From Fibrobacteria bacterium (GTDB lineage: Bacteria; Fibrobacterota; Fibrobacteria; UBA11236), in NCBI GenBank assembly GCA_043732185.1, contig JAYTHY010000025.1, positions 1-15,393 of the forward strand: a stretch of DNA of 15,393 bases. Direction: 5' to 3'. A program made the translations under genes and the position numbers. Under the pieces are notes generated by a model that was given only the letters and a program-made list of their open reading frames with translations, made no database searches and had not been told where the DNA came from. The first letter of the stretch is position 1. Each line of letters starts with the position of its first letter. Below are positions 7,854 through 15,393 of this stretch, piece by piece.

Positions 7854-8621
7854 TTAAGCGCAATCCAATTCCAAGCCGTCATAGGCGAGATGTAGGCCCG
7901 GAGGCAATTCTTTTTCCGTTTCCTCATGTTCTAGGTCATGGGTCATGTGTATGAAATAAGTGCGCTTCGCGCCGATTCTCAAGGCATATGCAATGGCTTG
8001 ATCCAAGCATAAATGGGTGGAATGCGGTTCCCGCCTTAAGCAATCCAATGCCAATACATCCAGGTTTTGCATCAGATCAAGTGTCGAATCCGGAATGACC
8101 GTGACATCGGTTATAAATGCAAAATCATTGACGCGAAATCCGAGAATAGGTTGGGGCCCATGCATTACGGGTAAGGGTGTAATCCGTAATCCAGCAATAT
8201 GTACGGGTTCTGAAAGGACATTGAGCTGATACTGAGGGACGCCACCACCATACTCCTTAGGCGGTTGAAAGGCATAGGAAAATCGTTCCCGAATATCGGC
8301 AAGCGTGCGGGAATCGGCGAAAATGGGAACACCTTTTCCTGTTCGCTGGGAAAAGATTCGTAAGTCATCCAAACCGGAAACATGATCGGAATGGGTGTGT
8401 GTCAAGAGTGCGAAGTCCACTTCCTTCAGCCCATATGCAAGTGCCGCTACCCGGAACTCGCTGGACACATCGATTACACCGGACGCGCCGGGACCTCCCT
8501 GCAACCAGATGCCGATTCTATTACGGTGATTCTTGGGGTTAGGGGAGAGGCAAACCGGGCACGTGCAGCCTATAACCGGAATTCCATGGGATGTGCCAGT
8601 CCCTAGAAAAGTGATACGCAT
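7854..8621 (-). CDS. Metallo-beta-lactamase-fold hydrolase, PhnP-like phosphodiesterase family
   Basis: MRITFLGTGTSHGIP start, GCTCPVC Zn motif, THTHSDH (HxHxDH), VMHG, FITD, HSTH, IHMTH and AYDGL. Start moved from the ORF-track Met at 8648 to the family-typical Met at 8621. Confidence 0.88.
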   Translation of the reverse strand: MRITFLGTGTSHGIPVIGCTCPVCLSPNPKNHRNRIGIWLQGGPGASGVIDVSSEFRVAALAYGLKEVDFALLTHTHSDHVSGLDDLRIFSQRTGKGVPIFADSRTLADIRERFSYAFQPPKEYGGGVPQYQLNVLSEPVHIAGLRITPLPVMHGPQPILGFRVNDFAFITDVTVIPDSTLDLMQNLDVLALDCLRREPHSTHLCLDQAIAYALRIGAKRTYFIHMTHDLEHEETEKELPPGLHLAYDGLELDCA

Positions 8622-8731
8622 GTTGGAAAAATAGTTTATCCAGGCCATCCGTGCGGGCCATCACAGCCGGTTTTCGCCTCCTGCCCTACTTTGTTGTCCA
8701 ATGTTCCGCACACCCGGGGCTATAAACCAAA

Positions 8732-8736
8732 AGGAG
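8732..8736 (+). promoter_or_regulatory. Shine-Dalgarno site for the 8744 CDS
   Basis: AGGAG ends 7 nt before the ATG at 8744. Confidence 0.75.
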
Positions 8737-8743
8737 ACGTATC

Positions 8744-10054
8744 ATGAAAAAGGTTCCAGTTTTCACTTCGATTTATCTCATCACCTGCCTTTTCTTATCC
8801 GAAGGATGTCTTTTCTCCCAACGCGAAGAAATAAGTAACCGCCCGGATGGAATTGCTGGCAGCGCGGAAGCCCGGTTAGTATTGGCTCCGGCCGCATTAG
8901 TACGTGGCGACCTACGGGCACCGGCAATCTTGGACTCAGTGCATATACGCATTACTGGGGAAGATATGGTACCCCTTGAGTTTGCTTATTCCGGTGATTC
9001 TCTAGCGTGTGTATTACAAAATCTACCTGCAGGACCCGTTCGTGTTGTCACGGCTGAGCTGTTCCGGGCCGGCCGATTGCTCTATTTGGGGCAAGGAACC
9101 TTTGCGTTCAAGCGAGAGGCACGCGTACAAATTGTGTTGCGTTGTGACCCACAATTCTCAAGGGTAACATCGCAGTTTCATCTACCCATTGGAATGCCCG
9201 TGCCAATTGCCGATGGCATGCTCCACTTGGTTGGCAAAGCCGGTGCCTATACTGCAAAGCTCTCTAAACATGGAGAATTCGGAAGCTTCACCGTCGATGA
9301 AATTCCTGGAGGCGTGAGTTATGATGTCGACCTGGCACTTGCCGACAGTTCCGGGAAAACCCGGTACGAGGCAAAACGGACTTCGGTTTTTCTTCCTCTT
9401 GGGGAAGAGGCCAAGTGGGATTTGTCCCTGTTGCCGACGGAAGCGCAGGCGGGCGTGGCCCTAAATTTGGAGCCCACTAAAGTCACTCAGTTTTCGGTAA
9501 AATTTCCGTCCCTTAAACGATCGCCACAGCAATGGGGTGAAATTGTGATCAGTGAGTTTTATGCCGCGCCGTCTACGGCGGATTCCGGATCGGAAGGAGA
9601 ATGGTTTGAATTGTTCAACCGAACCGGCGACAGCCTGTCCCTGGCGGGTTGCCGCATGTCCCGTGACCATGGCGGGGGTGTCAGCCGTTCGTTGCCCCTC
9701 GATTCGAGCCTTGTACTGGCTCCCGGTCAAGCGATGGTCTTTGGGCGTTCCGCCGCTTTGGCGGACGCACACTACCTTGATTTCAGTCTTGTAAATACCT
9801 CGGCAACTTTAATTTTGTTTAGCAAGAACGATGCTCTCCCTTTAGATTCGATTCGCTATGCATCCACAACTGCGGATAGTCTTGCGTTGCAACCACCACT
9901 TCCCATCAAGGAAGGAATGGTAACGAGTCTAGATGCGGATTCACTGGGGAAACGGGCCTCAGTGCTAAGCTGGTGCCTGTTGAAACAGAAGACGTCGGCT
10001 TCAGGGCTTGGCGTCTACGCATCACCGGGAAGTTTGGAAAGCTGCCCAAATTAA
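8744..10054 (+). CDS. Exported, probably lipid-anchored protein with two N-terminal beta-sandwich repeats and a C-terminal lamin tail domain (LTD)
   Basis: MKK plus hydrophobic stretch ending FLSEG-C22 (non-canonical lipobox). The LTD signature GEIVISEFYAAP...EWFELFNRTGDSLSLAGCRM starts near residue 265, with a terminal ASPG motif. A strong SD precedes it. Confidence 0.75.
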   Translation: MKKVPVFTSIYLITCLFLSEGCLFSQREEISNRPDGIAGSAEARLVLAPAALVRGDLRAPAILDSVHIRITGEDMVPLEFAYSGDSLACVLQNLPAGPVRVVTAELFRAGRLLYLGQGTFAFKREARVQIVLRCDPQFSRVTSQFHLPIGMPVPIADGMLHLVGKAGAYTAKLSKHGEFGSFTVDEIPGGVSYDVDLALADSSGKTRYEAKRTSVFLPLGEEAKWDLSLLPTEAQAGVALNLEPTKVTQFSVKFPSLKRSPQQWGEIVISEFYAAPSTADSGSEGEWFELFNRTGDSLSLAGCRMSRDHGGGVSRSLPLDSSLVLAPGQAMVFGRSAALADAHYLDFSLVNTSATLILFSKNDALPLDSIRYASTTADSLALQPPLPIKEGMVTSLDADSLGKRASVLSWCLLKQKTSASGLGVYASPGSLESCPN

Positions 10055-10087
10055 TCCAGTGTGCAGGCTTACCTTTGTATGACAGTC

Positions 10088-10891
10088 CTAGTCGCTATTA
10101 GGCACCGAAACGGGTGCGAACATAAGGCCTTTTTTGAAAAACCCAAAAGAAAATCCAACTACACCATAGCAAAGCAACATGGCTGCCAGGTATTCCGGAA
10201 AAAGCATGCCAAAGCCACAGCTGTAGCCGACAAGAATATTGATGATTTGCAAAAAATTGAAAAACTTATGTTCGCGACGCACCAATTTAGGCAGATAAAG
10301 CGGGCTAATCATAAGGATACCCGTCAAGATCAATAAAAGCGGCAAGGCAGCCATGAATCCCGGAAATTTCCAAGCCAATTGGTATTTGGAATAAAGGATG
10401 ACGCTTAAGGCCATGAATCCACCTGCAAAGGTGGTAGGAAGCCCATGAAAATAGTTGACCAGCTCTTCGGAGTCGACGGCATTGTACCTAGCCAAGCGCA
10501 TGGAGGCTCCCAGTACATAGACGGAAAGAGAGACCAACATCAATGGTCGATGTCCGGCAAACCAGGCGTAGTCAACGGTTTGTATGTAATAATATACGAG
10601 GAGTGCTGGGGCGACGCCAAAAGCGACCAAATCCGCCAGGCTATCGAATTGAGCGCCGAAATCGGAAGATGCTTTTAGAATCCGGGCGGCAAAACCATCC
10701 AATTTATCTAAAAGCACGCACCAGATTATCATCCAAGCCGCCAATAAAAGTGGGGCCTTGGTAAATCCCAATATGGGTTGTCCGGAGTTGGGACTGGAAA
10801 AAGTTTCATGCATGACAAGAATGGAGTACATGCCAAGCAGGAAATTTAAACCTGTAAAGAGATTTGGAATTAGGAAACGCTTTTTGACCAT
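10088..10891 (-). CDS. pssA: CDP-alcohol phosphatidyltransferase, phosphatidylserine synthase-like (membrane, type II)
   Basis: IPNLFTGLN, the family motif DKLDGFAAR-x8-GAQFDSLAD followed by FGVAP, then RLARYN and FHGLP, with multiple TM helices. Substrate (serine versus another alcohol) is not proven. Confidence 0.8.
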   Translation of the reverse strand: MVKKRFLIPNLFTGLNFLLGMYSILVMHETFSSPNSGQPILGFTKAPLLLAAWMIIWCVLLDKLDGFAARILKASSDFGAQFDSLADLVAFGVAPALLVYYYIQTVDYAWFAGHRPLMLVSLSVYVLGASMRLARYNAVDSEELVNYFHGLPTTFAGGFMALSVILYSKYQLAWKFPGFMAALPLLLILTGILMISPLYLPKLVRREHKFFNFLQIINILVGYSCGFGMLFPEYLAAMLLCYGVVGFSFGFFKKGLMFAPVSVPNSD

Positions 10892-10991
10892 GCTGCCTTG
10901 CTTTGCTTTAAAATCTTGTAAAGGGCTTTAATTTACTAGAACTGTACCTAATAATTAAATAATTCCGGAGGGTATGTAATGGAAAATCGAG

Positions 10992-13574
10992 TCACGATGG
11001 AAAGGTTAGGATAAAGTTGTCCAGAGTGCCGATAAAAATTGAATTTCCAAACATGACTGGGCTGCCGGGTAAATCCGGCAATTTATACTTGAGCAAAAGT
11101 TCATGGTTGAAATTCCTTTTTTCCAAGGCGGGTTCGGTGGTCCCAATCCAATAACCATGGTCGAAGACTGTTGGTCGATTAAATAGGTAGGACTGGATAC
11201 GTACTTGGGACAGCAAAGCGCCGGTTGCCGCCTGCAGACAAATGAGCTTCTTGGAGGCCGTAGTGAGCACTAAGGTATTGTCACGGTTACCGGAAAGACT
11301 GAAGATCTGCTCGCCAAAATCAACTGTCCAGGCAATGGATTGTCGTGCCCGATCAATACAGATTAGGGTGCCCTGGTTATAACCGGCGTAAATGAAATCT
11401 TTGTTGGAAAAGGTTTCGGTAATGGTACCGGGTGCTAAGGGTAGGCTCCAAATGACTTTTCCGGATGAGGGACTTATAGCGAAATATTTTCCTTCCAAAT
11501 CAATGATGTCTAATAATTCGGAATATTTTGACTTCCCTACCAGGAGCCCACTTTGCCCTAATTTTTTTTCCCAACGTAATGTCCGGTCGGGAAATCCGAC
11601 CATGTTCAGGCCGCCGTACCAATCGCTATAGACAAGGCCTCCGGTGACAGCCTGGGCTTGGCATACCGGATTCTTTAGGGGAATTTGGCCTAATCCACCT
11701 TTACTCAGGACTGGTGGAATAAAGTAAAGTCGGGAGGGGCTACTTACGCAAATGGTATCGTTCTTCCAAACGCTCACCTTCATATCGAGTTCTTCTGAAA
11801 AGTGAAAGGAGTTAACTAACTCCCCTGATTCATGGTTCAAAAGGACTAAAGTCTGATTGTCGTTTTCGAGGTAAAAAGAATTTTCCTTATGGGGCACCAA
11901 GGTGGGATAAAATTTTGGACCGAATTGACGCTTCCACGCCCACGTGGCTCCAAGGCCAATTGCCATGTTTTTAAGTGTAGGCCCACTCGACCAGTTTGGT
12001 GTTTGCATGGAGCGCGAAACCTCAATAAGCGCCTGAACCTGTTCTTGATGTGTACCACCCATATTTTTAAGCACAGCCGCACGCGATTTCCAGGCTTCAC
12101 CATTACCTGGCTCAAGTGTCAAAACATGACTTAACGCACTAAGTGCCCCTTTCCAGTCTTTTTGCAATTCTTTGTCATGGTACTCCCGAAATTTAAAACT
12201 ATCGGCATTTCCAGAAATGGATAGGAGTTCACGATTTAACTTAAGAGAACGCCCGTCACCATAATGCAGAACCAACCATTCTTCATTAGGCAATAACATC
12301 GGTTCACGGTCCCATCCATATTCATGTGTCCAAAGTGTTCGGCCATGGAGGTCCAGACAAACCGCAGTTTGCGCGAATGTCGTAGCAAAAAGGACGCCGT
12401 CAAACGCAGCCATCTGACTGACCAGTAAATCGTGTTGCCATTCAAGTTGCCCAGTTTCAAGTTTAAGGGATTTAACTACGCCTTTTGCATTGACCAAATA
12501 GACACGATTATTACCAAGGACTATTTTCTCTTGCAAAGGACTGGTCATTTCCCATTTTACAGTTTCAAATCCGGAACCATTTCGAATTTCAAACCGGTCG
12601 ATGTAACGGACAATTACAAATTCAGATTCCCATGCAACGCTAAGGACTTTACTTTTAATTCCACCAATGGGGTAGATGGATTTTTTTTGGACATCGACTT
12701 GATAAATGTGGTTCTCGGCACATTGAAGTAGCCCTTTCACGGATTTTTCAGGCTTGGCAATCCAGACACAGCCATCTTGGTCAAGTGGTGTCACCCAGTA
12801 TGGCTGGCCCTGTCGGTAGTAGCGTAATGTACTCGGGGTTATTAGTAGAATAGAACCGGGTTCATTAGCCAGAATTGCGCCGGCTTCTGTAGGTTCCTGA
12901 ATTTGGAGATTCCAATTTTTTCCACCCTGTAAGGGTCTCAAGGAAATTTTATGGGTGGAAGGATCGTTGAATAGACATTGATTTCCCTCTACGTCTAAAA
13001 TTTCTTCACCCTCTTCGAGGTGAAAGTTTAAACTTACCAAATCTCCGTTTACATCTTGTAATAAAAGCTGCTTGGACCGATTCAATTGCCCGTCTGGTGG
13101 ACCCCGGTACTCCAACGCATATGTAGATTGTCCGTTGGTCTGGAAAGGGAAGACTTTGGAGGGTCCGGTATTCTGTTGGGCGCCTTCCACAATTGGAGTG
13201 ACCGACGAGGGGTTGAGATTTGAAAGGTGTCGGTACAACTTAATTTTTTCTCCCCTAGGCAGACCCTTGCGAAGCAAAGCGAAAGAATATGCAGCCAGGG
13301 CTGAATCCCGTTTATTTATTTGTTCATAAATGCATCCCAGTAAGTAACTGGCTTGGCTTTTGATCGCCTCATTTTTGGATTGGGCAAAAAGACTTTCTAA
13401 TCGGTGCTTTGCGCCATCATAGTCGCCTTCAATTCGGTACAGGTAACGCGCCGCCTCAACCGCATATTGTTCCGTACTAAAATGCGTGTCCCGTTCTCCA
13501 GCACTCGAAGGGATCGATTGTGATAGAAGAATGGCAAGCAATACGATTCCCCGGGTTTGCAACGAACGATTCAT
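10992..13574 (-). CDS. Exported TPR plus PQQ-like (BamB-type) beta-propeller repeat protein
   Basis: Signal-peptide-like N-terminus (GIVLLAILLSQSIPSSA). TPR-like segments ASYLLGCIYEQ...ALAAYSFAL and ALSALSHVLTLEPGNGEAW. Repeated Trp-docking blade motifs LETGQLEW, LHGRTLW, SSGKVIW, RQSIAW, QAATGALL. ATG overlaps the regulator's TGA (ATGA). Confidence 0.8.
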   Translation of the reverse strand: MNRSLQTRGIVLLAILLSQSIPSSAGERDTHFSTEQYAVEAARYLYRIEGDYDGAKHRLESLFAQSKNEAIKSQASYLLGCIYEQINKRDSALAAYSFALLRKGLPRGEKIKLYRHLSNLNPSSVTPIVEGAQQNTGPSKVFPFQTNGQSTYALEYRGPPDGQLNRSKQLLLQDVNGDLVSLNFHLEEGEEILDVEGNQCLFNDPSTHKISLRPLQGGKNWNLQIQEPTEAGAILANEPGSILLITPSTLRYYRQGQPYWVTPLDQDGCVWIAKPEKSVKGLLQCAENHIYQVDVQKKSIYPIGGIKSKVLSVAWESEFVIVRYIDRFEIRNGSGFETVKWEMTSPLQEKIVLGNNRVYLVNAKGVVKSLKLETGQLEWQHDLLVSQMAAFDGVLFATTFAQTAVCLDLHGRTLWTHEYGWDREPMLLPNEEWLVLHYGDGRSLKLNRELLSISGNADSFKFREYHDKELQKDWKGALSALSHVLTLEPGNGEAWKSRAAVLKNMGGTHQEQVQALIEVSRSMQTPNWSSGPTLKNMAIGLGATWAWKRQFGPKFYPTLVPHKENSFYLENDNQTLVLLNHESGELVNSFHFSEELDMKVSVWKNDTICVSSPSRLYFIPPVLSKGGLGQIPLKNPVCQAQAVTGGLVYSDWYGGLNMVGFPDRTLRWEKKLGQSGLLVGKSKYSELLDIIDLEGKYFAISPSSGKVIWSLPLAPGTITETFSNKDFIYAGYNQGTLICIDRARQSIAWTVDFGEQIFSLSGNRDNTLVLTTASKKLICLQAATGALLSQVRIQSYLFNRPTVFDHGYWIGTTEPALEKRNFNHELLLKYKLPDLPGSPVMFGNSIFIGTLDNFILTFPS

Positions 13575-14287
13575 TCGGGTGTGGCCTCGGGAGGATCAAA
13601 TTTATACCCAACGCCACGTACGCTTTTGATAACTGTTGGGTTTTCCGTGTCTATTTCGATTTTTTGGCGGAGTTTTACAATCTGATTGTCTACAGTGCGG
13701 GTGGTGGGCATATTTTCCAGTGAGTAACCCCAAATGGCCTGCAAGAGATCTTCGCGCGTTACCACTTCGCCTTTTCGAGTTGAAAAATATTTTAGAATTT
13801 GGAACTCTTTGGCAGAAAGTTCCATTGGCATTTTGGATTTAAATGCTTCGTACCTTTTAAAATCAATCCGGATGTCATCGAATTCCAGCACTTCATGGGG
13901 CCCACTGCCGGGCGCTTTATCGTGTTCTACCCTCCGCAGCATACTCTTAATCCGGGCCATCAGTTCAAAAACACTGAAGGGTTTCGTCACATAGTCGTCG
14001 GCACCCATTTCCAAGCCCTGGATTTTGTTGATTTCTTCGGTTTTAGCAGTCAGCATAAGGATGAAAATTTGCGGAAAAGTTTTCCGAATATACCGGCAAA
14101 CATCATAACCACTTACTTTCGGCAACATCAAATCCAGGATAACCAGATGAGGCTGACGCTGTCGTACCATATCCATGGCTTGTTCCCCGTCTACGGCGAC
14201 TTCGATGGTATAGCCTTCAATTTCCAGTAAATCCACCAATCCTAATCGGATGGCATCTTCATCTTCGACAATTAAAATCCTATGCAT
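13571..14287 (-). CDS. OmpR/PhoB-family response regulator (receiver plus winged helix)
   Basis: LIVEDE, LDLMLP (phospho-Asp), MLTAK, GADDYVTKPF and the C-terminal RTVDNQIVKLRQKIE...SVRGVGYKF. Confidence 0.96.
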   Translation of the reverse strand: MHRILIVEDEDAIRLGLVDLLEIEGYTIEVAVDGEQAMDMVRQRQPHLVILDLMLPKVSGYDVCRYIRKTFPQIFILMLTAKTEEINKIQGLEMGADDYVTKPFSVFELMARIKSMLRRVEHDKAPGSGPHEVLEFDDIRIDFKRYEAFKSKMPMELSAKEFQILKYFSTRKGEVVTREDLLQAIWGYSLENMPTTRTVDNQIVKLRQKIEIDTENPTVIKSVRGVGYKFDPPEATPE

Positions 14288-15392
14288 GCTGAGCCTTTGG
14301 AAAGGTGATGATCATCTCAGTGCCTTCGTTCAATTTGCTATTCACCTTTACTTGGGCTTTATGCGAATCGAGAATTTGTTTTACAATAGCCAAACCTAAG
14401 CCACTCCCTTTGGTTTTACGGGTCATCTCATCACCGGCCCTATAAAATTTGTCAAAAATTCGTTTTATATCCAAACTGGAAATACCAATACCTTCATCCT
14501 TGACACGCAAGACAGCCCTGTCCATAAAATTTTCAACATACACAGTCACTGTTGTGTTAGGTTTTGAATATTTCAAAGAGTTTTCTAGCAGATTCTGGGC
14601 AACGGATCTTAGGGAGTCGTAATCCCCGAGTATGTTGTTTGCCGGTTCCAGCTTCAGGACAAGTTTGATCCCAGCCTTCTCAAAAGTGTCTGCCATAAGT
14701 CCGGCGACTTCTTGAATAGGATGGGAAAGGTCTAATGACGAAAAATTGAGCTTGGCCCGTTTTCCTTCCAGCTTGGTGAAATTAAGTATGCCCTCAATCA
14801 TTTTGTGAAGGCGCATCGATTCCTCACCGATTAAGTGGGCATATTGTTTCTGTTTGATCTCTTGCGTTTGCCTTCCACTTTCCAATATTTCCGCGAACAT
14901 GCGAATTGCCGTCAGTGGCGTTTTCAATTCATGCGAGACTGCAGAAAGAAAATTTGATTTCATCAGGACCATGTGTCTTTCGTTTTTAAGACTTTTGAAT
15001 ACGGAAAAAGATCCTAGTAAGAGCGCCGCCATGGAGAATCCCAGCAAAGTATAAAGTAGCGTCAGCTTACGCCTTCCCAGGGCAATGACTTCGCTGTCCT
15101 TCTTTTTGTAAATAATGAGTTTCCAAGCCGGTAACTCACCTGTTAAGGCCGTTTCCAGGGCCACCTTCCTATCTTCTAACGAATCGGACTTCATGACGAT
15201 ATGATCTTGTTGATTGACCAAAGCAAAGTCCATGTCTTTCCAGGCACTTTTCTTAGACTGGAGAATTTCTCCTTGGATGGCCTCGATGAATACGGATTCA
15301 TTCAGTCGAGCGATGATGCGAGTTTCTTTATCCAACCAGGGGTAGCCGATTATTAAGTAGGGGGCACCTTCTAAATATTCCATCTGGATGGG
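14280..15392 (-). CDS. Membrane sensor histidine kinase (HisKA plus HATPase_c), 5'-truncated by the window edge
   Basis: One TM helix, then H-box SHELKTPLTAI, N-box NLLENSLKYS, DEGIGI, IFDKFYR and GSGLGLAIV. The frame is open from the Met at 15383 to the window end and no first TM helix is visible, so the true start is probably upstream. It overlaps the regulator start by 8 nt. Confidence 0.93.
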   Translation of the reverse strand, partial: PIQMEYLEGAPYLIIGYPWLDKETRIIARLNESVFIEAIQGEILQSKKSAWKDMDFALVNQQDHIVMKSDSLEDRKVALETALTGELPAWKLIIYKKKDSEVIALGRRKLTLLYTLLGFSMAALLLGSFSVFKSLKNERHMVLMKSNFLSAVSHELKTPLTAIRMFAEILESGRQTQEIKQKQYAHLIGEESMRLHKMIEGILNFTKLEGKRAKLNFSSLDLSHPIQEVAGLMADTFEKAGIKLVLKLEPANNILGDYDSLRSVAQNLLENSLKYSKPNTTVTVYVENFMDRAVLRVKDEGIGISSLDIKRIFDKFYRAGDEMTRKTKGSGLGLAIVKQILDSHKAQVKVNSKLNEGTEMIITFPKAQHA

Positions 15393-15393
15393 A

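Noticed and set aside
8622..8648. N-terminal extension MAWINYFSN of the MBL hydrolase in the ORF track
   Set aside because: The family typically starts at M-x-I-T-F-L-G-T-G, matching the Met at 8621.
10992..13574. PQQ-dependent dehydrogenase or true bamB
   Set aside because: Only generic blade motifs are seen. It is much longer than BamB, has TPR inserts and no lipobox, and I could not identify quinoprotein catalytic motifs.
13799..14230. 143-aa plus-strand ORF and the other short ORFs nested in or antisense to the main genes
   Set aside because: They lie within or largely overlap well-supported genes and show no recognisable motifs, consistent with shadow ORFs.

Overview
A 15.4 kb bacterial chromosomal window with no sign of a mobile element. 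It starts with an initiator tRNA-fMet and its intrinsic terminator. Converging on it is a translationally coupled minus-strand sugar operon: an RfbH/E1-type [2Fe-2S]/PMP 3-dehydratase, a YerE-like ThDP carboligase, and an unusual fusion of an extended-SDR reductase with a GtrB-like polyprenol-phosphate glycosyltransferase. An SGNH-hydrolase/TPR membrane protein lies upstream of that operon. The rest holds a lone rmlC, a PhnP-like metallo-beta-lactamase-fold hydrolase, an exported lamin-tail-domain protein, a pssA-like CDP-alcohol phosphatidyltransferase, and a coupled unit of sensor kinase, OmpR-family regulator and exported TPR/beta-propeller protein (kinase cut by the window edge). The best candidate for an undescribed system is the sugar operon, which looks like a pathway that makes a yersiniose-type C4-branched 3,6-dideoxyhexose and loads it onto undecaprenyl phosphate for transfer outside the cytoplasm. 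All family assignments come from reading motifs; no searches were run.
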